DNA of 60,953 nucleotides, filler included. It is 7 parts of 7 records of this genome, joined end to end, with 100 filler letters (N's around TTAATTAATTAA, not from the genome) between each part and the next. Parts side by side here need not be neighbours in the genome. Positions count along the whole stretch, not along the records: positions 33,800 to 39,821 come from SRR2962707_2604; positions 39,922 to 47,799 come from SRR2962707_2605; 5 more parts are not named here. One strand, 5' to 3'. Position numbers and translations under genes: made by a program. The number at the start of each line of letters is the position of its first letter. Within the stretch, counting starts at the first letter, position 1. Below are positions 35,031-44,366 of the stretch, piece after piece. Under the pieces are notes generated by a model. It did not search any database. It was not told the origin of the DNA and worked only from the letters and a program-made list of their open reading frames with translations.

Positions 35031-36506
35031 ATGACCGGCGGCAAGCGACCCCCGGCCCTGATGTTTCAGGGCACGGGTTCCGACGTCGGTAAATCGTTGC
35101 TGGTCGCGGGACTTTGCCGGGCGTTTGCCAACCGGGGGCTCAAGGTCCGCCCCTTCAAACCGCAGAACATGTCGAACAACGCCGCCGTCACTGCCGACGG
35201 CGGTGAAATCGGCCGTGCCCAGGCGCTGCAGGCCCTGGCGGCGCGGGTCCCGCTCAGCGTGCACATGAACCCGGTGCTGCTGAAGCCGCAGTCCGAGATC
35301 GGTGCGCAGGTCGTGGTGCAGGGCAAGGTCGTTGGCACGGCCAAGGCGCGCGAATACTACGACTGGAAACCGAAGCTTCTGGAAAGTGTGCTGGACAGTT
35401 TCGCCATCGTCGGCGACGGCGCCGATCTGGTCCTGGTCGAAGGGGCGGGCAGCCCGGCCGAGGTCAACCTGCGCGCCGCCGACATCGCCAACATGGGTTT
35501 TGCCGATGCCGCCGGCGTGCCGGTGGTGCTGATCGGTGATATCGACCGGGGCGGTGTCATTGCCCAGATCGTCGGCACCCATGCCGTGATTTCCGAGAGC
35601 GACCGGGCACATCTCGCCGGTTTCGTGATCAATAAATTCCGTGGCGATCCGAGCCTGTTCGATGACGGCATGAAGATCATCGCCGAACAGACCGGGCTGA
35701 AGCCGCTCGGACTGGTGCCGTATTTCGCCGACGCCCGGGTGCTGCCCAAGGAAGACGCCATGGCGCTGGATAACCGTGAAGCGACGGATGCGGGGGACAT
35801 CGTCATTGCCGTGCCCCGCCTGCCGCGGATCGCCAATTTCGATGATCTCGACCCGTTGGCGGCCGAGCCGGATGTGCGTGTCGATATCATCGAAATGGGC
35901 ACCGCCCTGCCGGGGGATGCGGATGTCGTCCTGCTCGCCGGATCAAAGGCGACACTGGCCGACCTGGCGGCGCTGAAGCAAGCCGGCTGGGACATCGATA
36001 TCGCTGCGCATCATCGGCGTGGCGGCCTCGTGGTCGGGCTGTGCGGCGGCTATCAGATGCTGGGCCGTACGCTGGCCGACCCGGATGGGATCGAGGGAGC
36101 GCCGGAAACCGCGGACGGTCTCGGGCTGCTGGATGTTGCGACGGTCATCGGCGGCGACAAATCATTGCTCGAAGTTGCCGGGACGGAGCGTCTGACCGGG
36201 GCGGCGGTCTCGGGATATGAAATGCATATGGGCCGTACCACCGGTGCCGATACGCAACGCCCGTGGCTGACCATGAACGACGGACGGACGGACGGCGCGG
36301 TCTCGGCCGACGGGCGGGTGATGGCGGGCTATCTGCACGGCATCTTCGCATCGGATGATTTCCGCCATGCGTTTCTGGCCCGGCTTAGGGACGGGCGCAG
36401 CTCGGACATCGATTATGCGGCACGCGTCGATGCAGCCCTTAATGGTCTCGCCGCGCATCTCGAAACCCACATGGACCTGGACGGGTTGCTCACGCTGGCG
36501 CGATAA
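35031..36506 (+). CDS. cobQ: Cobyric acid synthase
   Basis: [49 protein letters not shown]. Confidence 0.97.
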   Translation: MTGGKRPPALMFQGTGSDVGKSLLVAGLCRAFANRGLKVRPFKPQNMSNNAAVTADGGEIGRAQALQALAARVPLSVHMNPVLLKPQSEIGAQVVVQGKVVGTAKAREYYDWKPKLLESVLDSFAIVGDGADLVLVEGAGSPAEVNLRAADIANMGFADAAGVPVVLIGDIDRGGVIAQIVGTHAVISESDRAHLAGFVINKFRGDPSLFDDGMKIIAEQTGLKPLGLVPYFADARVLPKEDAMALDNREATDAGDIVIAVPRLPRIANFDDLDPLAAEPDVRVDIIEMGTALPGDADVVLLAGSKATLADLAALKQAGWDIDIAAHHRRGGLVVGLCGGYQMLGRTLADPDGIEGAPETADGLGLLDVATVIGGDKSLLEVAGTERLTGAAVSGYEMHMGRTTGADTQRPWLTMNDGRTDGAVSADGRVMAGYLHGIFASDDFRHAFLARLRDGRSSDIDYAARVDAALNGLAAHLETHMDLDGLLTLAR

Positions 36507-36517
36507 TTCATCCTGTT

Positions 36518-36584
36518 GTCATCCCCGCGAAAGCGGGGACCCAGAGAATCCGGATGACTAGGTTCCCGCTTTCGCGGGAATGAC
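36518..36584. repeat. Palindromic repetitive element (RPE/REP-like pair)
   Basis: GTCATCCCCGCGAAAGCGGGGACCCAG ... CTAGGTTCCCGCTTTCGCGGGAATGAC inverted pair, each arm self-complementary. Confidence 0.8.
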
Positions 36585-36610
36585 GGTTGCGTGGAAATGA
36601 CGCGTTGGGA

Positions 36611-37615
36611 TTACATCTGCAAACGCACAACCGCGATCAAACCGACCAGCCCGCCGGTGATCAGACAGGCGACACCGTACAGATACATGGCGCGCTCGAT
36701 ATCCTTGTGAGTGAGCCGGGCGCGGCCGTCACCCATCCAGTCATCGTTGACGACCTCTCCCCCATAGGTTCGGGGACCCGCCAGGGCAATCCCCAGCGCC
36801 CCGGCCATCGCCGCTTCCGGCCAGCCGGCGTTGAACGAGCGATGTTTCTTGGCATCCCGGAGCGGGGTCGCGAGGGCGGCTTTCGGATTGGCCGTCGGTA
36901 CGAACAGGGCGGCGGCGGCGAAGATCAGCGCCGACAGCCTTGCCGGAATCGCGTTCAGGGCATCGTCGAGCCGGGCTGCCGTGAAACCGAAAGCCTGATG
37001 TGTCGGCGTCTTGTGGCCGATCATGCTGTCCAGGGTGTTGACAGTCTTGTAGACGAGAATGCCGGGAAAGCCGAGCAGCACGTACCAGAACACCGGGGCG
37101 GCGACGGCGTCGGAGAAATTCTCGGCCAGGCTTTCGACCGCGGCCCGGGCCACGCCCGGCGCATCCAGACTGTTCGGGTCCCGCCCGACGATATGTCGGA
37201 CCGCATCCCGTCCGCCGTTGAGACCATCCAGTTCCAGCCCCTTGGCGACCCGGGCAACGGCATCGTAAAGCCCGCGCCCTGCCAGCAGCGTGACCAGCAG
37301 GGCGCATTCCAAAACCCAGCCCCAGGTCATGTGCAGGGTCAGCCACATCACGCCGATGCCGATGGCGGCGGCTAGCAGCACCATGAAGACGACGACGAAG
37401 GCGCCGCGGACCGCGCGGTCGATCTGGGTGCGCTTGGGCCGGTTCAGTTTGTCGTCGAAAAACCCGATAAGACTGCCGATGACGGCGACCGGATGCTTGA
37501 TGCGCCGCCAGATGAAAGCGGCCTCGCCAAGATAGGCCTCGATCCCCATCGCGATGATGAGGAGGATGAGCGGATCAAATGGCGCGGTTGCGCCTGCGAA
37601 GCCGAGAGTGACCAT
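36611..37615 (-). CDS. cobD: Adenosylcobinamide-phosphate synthase CobD/CbiB
   Basis: HPVAVIG, IVGRD, ESLAENFSD, YKTVNTLDSMIG, NAGWPEAAMAGALG. Confidence 0.96.
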   Translation of the reverse strand: MVTLGFAGATAPFDPLILLIIAMGIEAYLGEAAFIWRRIKHPVAVIGSLIGFFDDKLNRPKRTQIDRAVRGAFVVVFMVLLAAAIGIGVMWLTLHMTWGWVLECALLVTLLAGRGLYDAVARVAKGLELDGLNGGRDAVRHIVGRDPNSLDAPGVARAAVESLAENFSDAVAAPVFWYVLLGFPGILVYKTVNTLDSMIGHKTPTHQAFGFTAARLDDALNAIPARLSALIFAAAALFVPTANPKAALATPLRDAKKHRSFNAGWPEAAMAGALGIALAGPRTYGGEVVNDDWMGDGRARLTHKDIERAMYLYGVACLITGGLVGLIAVVRLQM

Positions 37616-37744
37616 TGTGGAAGTTGACGACACCGATCACGCAAGGTCAACGGACGCCTGCCGGATTTTCCGGAAATGGTTGATAATGATATATTTTTAG
37701 TCGAATCTCGGAGACCTTGAGCGGAACGCCCCAAAGGAAGACCT

Positions 37745-38824
37745 GTGGAACTTTCATTCGCTGAATTGCCGCAATGGGCAGGTATAGCCCTCGCTGCCGG
37801 AATAGCCGCCATCGTCGGCGCGTTCGTCGGCATGTGGTTTGCGCGTGGCCGCAGCGGTGGTGAGCAACGCTTTGAACCGGCACTGGAAGATCGTCTGGAC
37901 CAGCCTATCGGGCGTGAAAATCCGGCTTTCGTCAGTCTGCAGGAAATTCTCCGTTCGCAAGGAATCGGGGCCAAGGAACAGGATACCCGGCTCAGGGAGT
38001 TTGCGACCGAATACAACATCATCCACCGCAAGCTTCGGGAGTTGCTGCCGCTGGGGGACGGTCTTGCGGATTCGCAGGTGCAGGCCCTGAGCGCTCTGGA
38101 AAACGGCGAGTTCGAAACGGCTATTTCGCTGACGGAGAAGCTCGGCACGCGCGAAGGTGAAGAAGGCCGCCGGCTGCGCGAACGCGGCCAGAAAATGCTG
38201 CAGGCCGCGGCCACGGCGAAAATCATCGCGGCGGATCTGTACATGGTCCTGATGGCGCCTGAAAATGCGCGCGGCCTGTATGAGCAGGCGGTTGATGAAC
38301 TGCCCCCTTCGGCCGACGAGCGCCGCGCCGAGGTCCTCAACAAGCTGGGAACCGCGTGTTATCAGAGCGGCGATTCGGATAATGCGGTGAAATCCTTCAC
38401 CCGGGGCCTCAGGCTGCTGGAAAAGACGCTGGGCAACGATCATCCTGATGTCGCCACGTCACTGAACAATCTGGCGCTGATCCATTATTCAAAAGGCCGC
38501 TTCGATCAGGCCGAGCCGCTTTACCGCCGTGCCCTGATGATCGATGAGCGGGTGCTTGGCTATGACCATCCGGGTGTCGCCACGGATCTGAATAATCTGG
38601 CGTTGCTCTACAAGAAGCAGGGCAACCTCGAAGCCGCCGAACCGCTTTTGAAACGCGCTCTATCCATCAAGGAACGGACCTTCGATCCGGGCCATCCCTC
38701 ACTGGTTACCGGCCTCAAGAATTATGCTTCCGTACTGCGCTCTCTGGGGCGCGGCGATGAGGCAGCGGCTTTCGAGGAGCGGGCCGCGTCGCTGCCGCCG
38801 AGCCGCACCGAAAGCGCGGCGTAA
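37745..38824 (+). CDS. Membrane-anchored TPR protein (kinesin-light-chain-type repeats)
   Basis: N-terminal TM; repeats LGNDHPDVATSLNNLA, LGYDHPGVATDLNNLA, FDPGHPSLVTGLKNYA. Confidence 0.85.
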   Translation: MELSFAELPQWAGIALAAGIAAIVGAFVGMWFARGRSGGEQRFEPALEDRLDQPIGRENPAFVSLQEILRSQGIGAKEQDTRLREFATEYNIIHRKLRELLPLGDGLADSQVQALSALENGEFETAISLTEKLGTREGEEGRRLRERGQKMLQAAATAKIIAADLYMVLMAPENARGLYEQAVDELPPSADERRAEVLNKLGTACYQSGDSDNAVKSFTRGLRLLEKTLGNDHPDVATSLNNLALIHYSKGRFDQAEPLYRRALMIDERVLGYDHPGVATDLNNLALLYKKQGNLEAAEPLLKRALSIKERTFDPGHPSLVTGLKNYASVLRSLGRGDEAAAFEERAASLPPSRTESAA

Positions 38825-38966
38825 TTCCGGCGTATCTCCGGCGTATCTGGGGCAAATTTTGTCGTATCGCGGCTTTAAGCATCCGGCTTGATCTGTCATA
38901 GTCCGCTCCTGATCGGGACCGGAGGCAATGACCAGTCCCTCAACGCACGAAGGCAAGGACCACGCA

Positions 38967-39821
38967 ATGACAGATCAAGCCGCCGTCATGATCTGCGGCC
39001 ACGGCAGCCGCGACAAAGCAGCAGTTGATGAATTCAACCAGCTCTCCGTCCGTCTCAAGGACAAACTCCCGGACCACGATATCGAAAGCGGATTTCTCGA
39101 ATTCGCCGAGCCGGTGATCCGGACGGGGCTTGAGAAACTCAAGGCACGCGGTGCGAAGCGAATTGTCTGTCTGCCGGGGATGCTGTTTGCCGCCGGGCAC
39201 GTGAAGAACGACTTGCCGTCCGAAATCAATACGTTCGCGGCTGAGAACCCGGATATCGATGTCGTCTTCGGCCGTGATCTTGCCATCGACCCGAAGATGC
39301 TGAAAGCCGCCGAAGCGCGGGTTCGCGAAGCCGTCGACGCCGCAGGCGATGACGTGCCGGTCAATGAAACACTGCTGATGGTTGTCGGTCGCGGCACCAA
39401 TGATCCCGACGCCAACTCAAACATTTCCAAGATCGCCCGCATGCTGTGGGAGGGGATCGGTTTCGGCTGGGCCGAGGTCTGTTATTCCGGGGTTGCCTTC
39501 CCGCTTGTCGATGCGGGTCTCGAGCGGGCGGTCAAGCTCGGCTACAAGCGGATCGTCGTATTCCCGTACTTCCTGTTCACCGGCATTCTGGTGCGGCGCA
39601 TTTTTAAATGGGTCGATGAAGCGCAGGAGAAATTCCCGGACATCGAATTCGTCAAGGCCGGTTACCTGAATGATCAGGATCACGTCATCGATACATTTAT
39701 CGAGCGGTTTCATCAGGCGCTTGAAGGCGGTGAAGCCAACGCCATGAACTGCCAGTTGTGCAAATACCGTGAGCAGGTTCTCGGCTTCGAAGACGAGCAG
39801 GGCATGGCGCAGGTCGGCCAC
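38967..39821 (+). CDS. cbiX: Sirohydrochlorin cobaltochelatase CbiX (3'-truncated)
   Basis: CGHGSRD, GFLEFAEP, AAGHVKND, PYFLFTG, MNCQLCKYR. Confidence 0.93.
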
Positions 39822-39921
39822 NNNNNNNNNNNNNNNNNNNNNNNNNNNNNNNNNNNNNNNNNNNNTTAATTAATTAANNNNNNNNNNNNNNNNNNNNNNN
39901 NNNNNNNNNNNNNNNNNNNNN
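39822..39921. other. Artificial contig linker
   Basis: N44-TTAATTAATTAA-N44. Confidence 0.98.
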
Positions 39922-39922
39922 G

Positions 39923-40291
39923 CCCATGCTGATGAACGCCTGGATCGAGAAACGCATCTTTCCGGGTGCTTACCCACCGAGTATCTCTGAGTTCATGGGT
40001 ATCTGCGAACACAGCGACTTTTCGGTGCTGGATGTCGAAAATCTCAGACTGCACTACGCACAGACGCTGACCCACTGGATGGAACGGTTCAGAAGCAACA
40101 TGGACAAGGTCACAGAAATGTACGACGGGCACTTTGCCCGGGCCTGGGAAATGTACCTCGCCGGCTCCATAGCCGCCTTCCGCGCCGGGTCACTGCAACT
40201 GTTCCAGGTGGTCTTCACCCATGGCGGGAACAACCAGCTGCCACAAAACCGCCAGGACATCTATTCGTCCCCCGCAGCTCCGGAGGCATAG
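39923..40291 (+). CDS. Cfa-family fatty-acyl methyltransferase, C-terminus (5'-truncated)
   Basis: WIEKRIFPG, VENLRLHYAQTL..W, FARAWEMYL..F....LQLFQ. Confidence 0.9.
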   Translation, partial: PMLMNAWIEKRIFPGAYPPSISEFMGICEHSDFSVLDVENLRLHYAQTLTHWMERFRSNMDKVTEMYDGHFARAWEMYLAGSIAAFRAGSLQLFQVVFTHGGNNQLPQNRQDIYSSPAAPEA

Positions 40292-40293
40292 TC

Positions 40294-41424
40294 ATGGACT
40301 ACTACGACCTGATTATCGTAGGTGCCGGGCCTGCCGGCTCCACCCTCGCCCACGCACTGCAGGACAGCGGCAAACGCATTCTGGTAATCGATAAGCAGGA
40401 CTTTCCTCGGGACAAGACCTGCGCCGGCTGGGTTACTCCTGCGGTGATGGACAGTCTCGATATCGACATCAACCACTACGGCACCGGACGAACCCTTCAG
40501 CCCATCCGGCGGTTCCGTATAGGCATGATGGGGCAATCGGCGGTGGAAAATGACCACGGTGAGATTGTCAGCTACGGCATACGACGCTGCGAGTTCGATG
40601 CGTTTCTTCTGGACAGGACAGCCGTGCCGAAGCAACTGAACACACCGGTCAAGTCCATTGTTCGTCGCGATGGCAACTGGGTGATCAACGATACCTGGGA
40701 GGCGCCCCTGATCGTAGGTGCCGGGGGCCATTTCTGCCCGGTGGCGAAGCTGATGGGAGACGGCCCCGGCAGCCACGAAGTCGTAGTGGCGGCCAAAGAG
40801 GTGGAATTCGAGATGACGCCTCAACAGGCCGAGGTGTGCGAAGCTCGTGGCGACACCCCCGAGCTCTGGTTCTGCCGCGACCTGAAGGGCTATGCCTGGG
40901 TGTTCCGAAAAGGTAATTTCCTCAATATCGGCCTTGGCCGGGAAGACAATCACAAACTGACCGAGCACCTCAACGCCTTCGTGGAGGAAATGAAATCCGA
41001 AGGACGCATACCGGCCGATTTACCGGGCAAGTTCAAAGGTCATGCCTACCTGCTATACGCCCACGCGGAGAGACAACTGGCCGATGACGGCCTGCTGTTG
41101 ATCGGGGATTCCGCCGGCTTGGCCTACACCCAGAGCGGCGAGGGTATTCGCCCTGCCATCGAGTCTGCGTTGATGGCGGCAGACATTATTCGCGACCAGG
41201 AGGATTATTCCGCCCAGGCACTGCAGGCCTACGGCGAAGCTATTGCCAGCCGTTTTGGTAATCGCGCCATGCCTCAGGATGAGGGCTGGCAAGTGCCGGA
41301 CTGGGTCAAAATGCCATTGGCCAGTACCCTGATGCGGTCTCACTGGTTTACCCGCAAGGTGGTCACCGAAAAATGGTTCCTGCATCAGCAGGTGCCACCA
41401 CTGGCGACGGTCTCCCAGGGTTGA
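40294..41424 (+). CDS. Geranylgeranyl-reductase-family FAD oxidoreductase
   Basis: IVGAGPAGS, FPRDKTCAG, RCEFD, GYAWVF, IGDSAG...GEGIRPA. Confidence 0.9.
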   Translation: MDYYDLIIVGAGPAGSTLAHALQDSGKRILVIDKQDFPRDKTCAGWVTPAVMDSLDIDINHYGTGRTLQPIRRFRIGMMGQSAVENDHGEIVSYGIRRCEFDAFLLDRTAVPKQLNTPVKSIVRRDGNWVINDTWEAPLIVGAGGHFCPVAKLMGDGPGSHEVVVAAKEVEFEMTPQQAEVCEARGDTPELWFCRDLKGYAWVFRKGNFLNIGLGREDNHKLTEHLNAFVEEMKSEGRIPADLPGKFKGHAYLLYAHAERQLADDGLLLIGDSAGLAYTQSGEGIRPAIESALMAADIIRDQEDYSAQALQAYGEAIASRFGNRAMPQDEGWQVPDWVKMPLASTLMRSHWFTRKVVTEKWFLHQQVPPLATVSQG

Positions 41425-41434
41425 GAGAATGTAT

Positions 41435-41467
41435 AGAACCGGATCGGGCAGTACCCGGTCCGGTTCT
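41435..41467. terminator. Hairpin between convergent genes
   Basis: AGAACCGGATCGGG-cagta-CCCGGTCCGGTTCT. Confidence 0.65.
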
Positions 41468-41484
41468 CCTTATCACGCCGACGG

Positions 41485-43188
41485 TCAGTCAGCGGCCAGT
41501 TCAATCACATCGATACCATACAGAGTGGTCGTGCCACTCACCTCGTTGCCTACCGCTAACATTGGCTTGCCATTGGGGCTGTCGTCAGCAGCGATAAAGG
41601 CAAGCCCCTCGGGCCCAAGATCACCCGCCATTCCACTCTCAAGATCGGTCTGGGAGGCAGAGAAGTCGCGGTTATTGAGGTACTGGACGAATTCCGGGTT
41701 CTGCGGATTGGTCACGTTATAGACCATGATGCCCCCAACCCGTTCAAGGCCGATAAAGGCAAAGGTCTGGCCATTAATGGTACCCACGGTGACCTCCTCA
41801 GGCTCTGGTCCCTTATCGTCGGAGCGGTTGTCGAACGCATTTTCGTCATTATTGCTGTTGAAATTGTCCGGGATCAGGCTCGCGGTAATGCGCTCGAATT
41901 CACTGCCGCTGTCGAAGACCCGCTCGCCGGTTTCCGACCAGATTGAAAACGAACGCGCACCGTAGGCGTAGAGCTCACTGTAGACACAGTTATTCTCCAC
42001 ATAGCTCCGGTCATACTCACCGCCCACGAGAATGACGTTGGCCGGATCGCTGGGCGCGCAGGAATTGCCAAAACCCAGGGTGGATGTGACGTTCAGGCGT
42101 CCCAGGTTAGCGTCTTCCTGCAACTCGGCAGCGTTCGGGAAGGCCATGGCATCCAGCGTCAGGTCGGCGACGCGGAATTCCTCACTGAAGCCGTCGTAAT
42201 CCCGGGAATCACCCTCGTTGGCGGTGATGTAATAGGTTTTTCCGTTAAAACCGTAGCTGGTCATGGCATCCGGATGGTAAATGCCTTTCACCGGCCAGTT
42301 GCGAATGTTGATGCCGCTGTCGTCGTTGCTGGCATCCAATTCGTTGCCGATTATGCTGTGATCCTTGAAACCCAACGGAATAATGGCGGTAATCTCCCCG
42401 GCCGCGATGTCCAGTTCGGCAACGGCATTTGCCTCCTGCATCGCGACCCAGGCTTTTTCACCGTCGATAGAGATCGCTATGTATTCCGGCTCCAGATCCT
42501 GTGCCAGAGTGGCGCCCGGCCCGAACACTCTCAGGCCCTGTTCCATAAGTTCGGCCAGCTGACCGTTGAAGCTGGCGAACCCGGCCGTGGTGACCGTCGC
42601 CGCAGCCACGCCGTTGGACAGGTCAACAATGCTAACGGAACCCTCCGGGTCAACACTGTAGTCATCACTGGGTTCGCCCTCGTTGGCCACCAGGAGCTTC
42701 TGGCCATCGCGGGTAAACGTCAGCATATCCGGCAGGGCGCCCGCCTCTACTTCACCCACCTTGTTCAGGTCAGTGCTGTTATAGAACACCACCTTGCCGT
42801 TGTCCTGCTTGACGTTGGCTTCAATGGCGACGGCCACGAGATCGCCGTATACCGCCACGCTGTTCGCAGAAGCACCTTCGGCGGTGGCATCAATGGTGCT
42901 GAGCTTGACCGGCATCTCCGGGTCCTGGATGTCCAGCACGTCCACGGTCGAATCGTTGGCATTGATGACAAACAGACGCTGGTTGGCGGGATCGTGAGCC
43001 ACGATTTCCGCTGCGCCTTCATCGAAAGCACCACTTGCATAGGTGCCGAGGGTATTCAGCTCAATCAGGGTCTGGCTGGTGCCGGGCGAACCGGTACTGC
43101 CATCGTCGCCGTCATCACCGTCGCAGGCCGCCAGGCCCAGGGTGGATGCGAGGATGGCTGCCGTAAGGAGTGAGTTCTGGAATGTCAT
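41485..43188 (-). CDS. Choice-of-anchor I family beta-propeller lipoprotein (alkaline-phosphatase-associated domain)
   Basis: Lipobox LAAC; AAEIVAHD, GALPDM, ANEGEP, DLEPEYI, YGARSFSIW, RSDDKGPEPE, GLERVGG, DLGPEG, GNEVSGTT. Confidence 0.9.
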   Translation of the reverse strand: MTFQNSLLTAAILASTLGLAACDGDDGDDGSTGSPGTSQTLIELNTLGTYASGAFDEGAAEIVAHDPANQRLFVINANDSTVDVLDIQDPEMPVKLSTIDATAEGASANSVAVYGDLVAVAIEANVKQDNGKVVFYNSTDLNKVGEVEAGALPDMLTFTRDGQKLLVANEGEPSDDYSVDPEGSVSIVDLSNGVAAATVTTAGFASFNGQLAELMEQGLRVFGPGATLAQDLEPEYIAISIDGEKAWVAMQEANAVAELDIAAGEITAIIPLGFKDHSIIGNELDASNDDSGINIRNWPVKGIYHPDAMTSYGFNGKTYYITANEGDSRDYDGFSEEFRVADLTLDAMAFPNAAELQEDANLGRLNVTSTLGFGNSCAPSDPANVILVGGEYDRSYVENNCVYSELYAYGARSFSIWSETGERVFDSGSEFERITASLIPDNFNSNNDENAFDNRSDDKGPEPEEVTVGTINGQTFAFIGLERVGGIMVYNVTNPQNPEFVQYLNNRDFSASQTDLESGMAGDLGPEGLAFIAADDSPNGKPMLAVGNEVSGTTTLYGIDVIELAAD

Positions 43189-43302
43189 GTTTGCCTCTTC
43201 TTCTGTCGATACACGTGTGGTTGTACACGACACTTTATGGAGAAGAGGTGACAGAAATGCGTCACTTTTAAGTCAGAACTGCTCAGGAAAGGTGGTATCA
43301 GC

Positions 43303-43331
43303 AAAAAAATGGCGACCGTGCGGTCGCCATT
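43303..43331 (-). terminator. Intrinsic terminator of dps
   Basis: AATGGCGACCG-tg-CGGTCGCCATT with T-run on the minus strand. Confidence 0.85.
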
Positions 43332-43369
43332 ATCAACACTTGCTCAAGTGATTGAGAGCTTCAAGGGCT

Positions 43370-43843
43370 TTATTGGCCGAGGTAGCTACGGTACATCCAT
43401 ACCGTCTTTTCCTGCTGAGAGATGTAGTCGCTCATCAACGCAACGGTGCCCTCGTCGTCCGCATCGCCAGCCAGGTGAAGCAACTCCCGCTGCTTACCAA
43501 TCAGCTTGGCGAAGCTCTCCACGATGTTTTCAACAGCATCCTTACCATCGGCCACATCCTTTCGCTCAGGCACCTCGGATTTTTCGATGTAGGTGCTGTA
43601 GGCGTGTGCAGGCCTGTGCCCGAGGGTCAGCACCCGCTCGGCTATCTCGTCAATCTTCAACAGCAGGTCGTCATAAAGCTCTTCAAACTTGGCATGCAGT
43701 TCGAAAAAGTTGTCACCTTTGATGTTCCAGTGATAGCCACGAACGTTCATGTAGAAGATCTGGTAGTTGGACAGCAGATCGTTCAGTGCGTTCGCCAGGC
43801 TCTGGGTCTTTTCAGTGTCCAGACCAATAAAGTTCTTGCTCAT
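43370..43843 (-). CDS. dps: Dps ferritin-like DNA protection protein
   Basis: HWNIKG..FFELHAKFEE, DEIAER, EKTVWM. Confidence 0.96.
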   Translation of the reverse strand: MSKNFIGLDTEKTQSLANALNDLLSNYQIFYMNVRGYHWNIKGDNFFELHAKFEELYDDLLLKIDEIAERVLTLGHRPAHAYSTYIEKSEVPERKDVADGKDAVENIVESFAKLIGKQRELLHLAGDADDEGTVALMSDYISQQEKTVWMYRSYLGQ

Positions 43844-43903
43844 AACGTGTCTCCTTGACAGTTACCGGAATGTACTGGTGGCTAATCTAACCAGGAATCG
43901 TGA

Positions 43904-43982
43904 ATAGATAAAGTTTAGTTATCCAATCTTCTTGATAGCTCTTACTAATCTTTGGCAAGACCAAGTAATAGCTAAAGGCTAT
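43904..43982. promoter_or_regulatory. Probable OxyR/LysR-type sites in the dps-DUF2061 divergent promoter
   Basis: Exact ATAG-N7-CTAT at 43968-43982; minus-strand ATTA-N7-CTAT-N7-ATTG upstream of dps; dps is a known OxyR target in gammaproteobacteria. Confidence 0.6.
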
Positions 43983-44070
43983 CAAAAATCTGCGTATTAT
44001 TTATTTAACAACGATTCTCAATTGCTGTTGAATGGACCCATATCCATCGCACTTGCGGAGCTGACTGACT

Positions 44071-44346
44071 ATGAGTGCCCTGAAGATGTTTTTCCATGAC
44101 CATGGTTCAAAGGGTGACAACTCGTTGCTGAAAACCATCACATTCGCCATTACCCACTTCACCGTGGCCTTTACCGTTGCTTACCTGCTGACCGGCGACA
44201 TACTGATTGGCAGCCTGATTGCCATGGTAGAACCAGCGATTAACACGGTGGCCTATTTCTTTCATGAAAAGATATGGGCGCGGAAGCAGCAGATTGCAAG
44301 GGGCGTCTCTGGTGCGGAGGCAATCCGGGTTGCCCGGAGTTTCTGA
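44071..44346 (+). CDS. DUF2061-family small membrane protein
   Basis: KTITFAITHFTVAFTVAYLLTG..IAMVEPAINTVAYFFHEKIW; start uncertain. Confidence 0.85.
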   Translation: MSALKMFFHDHGSKGDNSLLKTITFAITHFTVAFTVAYLLTGDILIGSLIAMVEPAINTVAYFFHEKIWARKQQIARGVSGAEAIRVARSF

Positions 44347-44366
44347 TCAGGGCCATTTCCCAGACT

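Noticed and set aside
43215-43265. Pho box upstream of the choice-of-anchor I gene
   Set aside because: One CTGTCAC half-site only; neighbouring units are out of 11-bp phase
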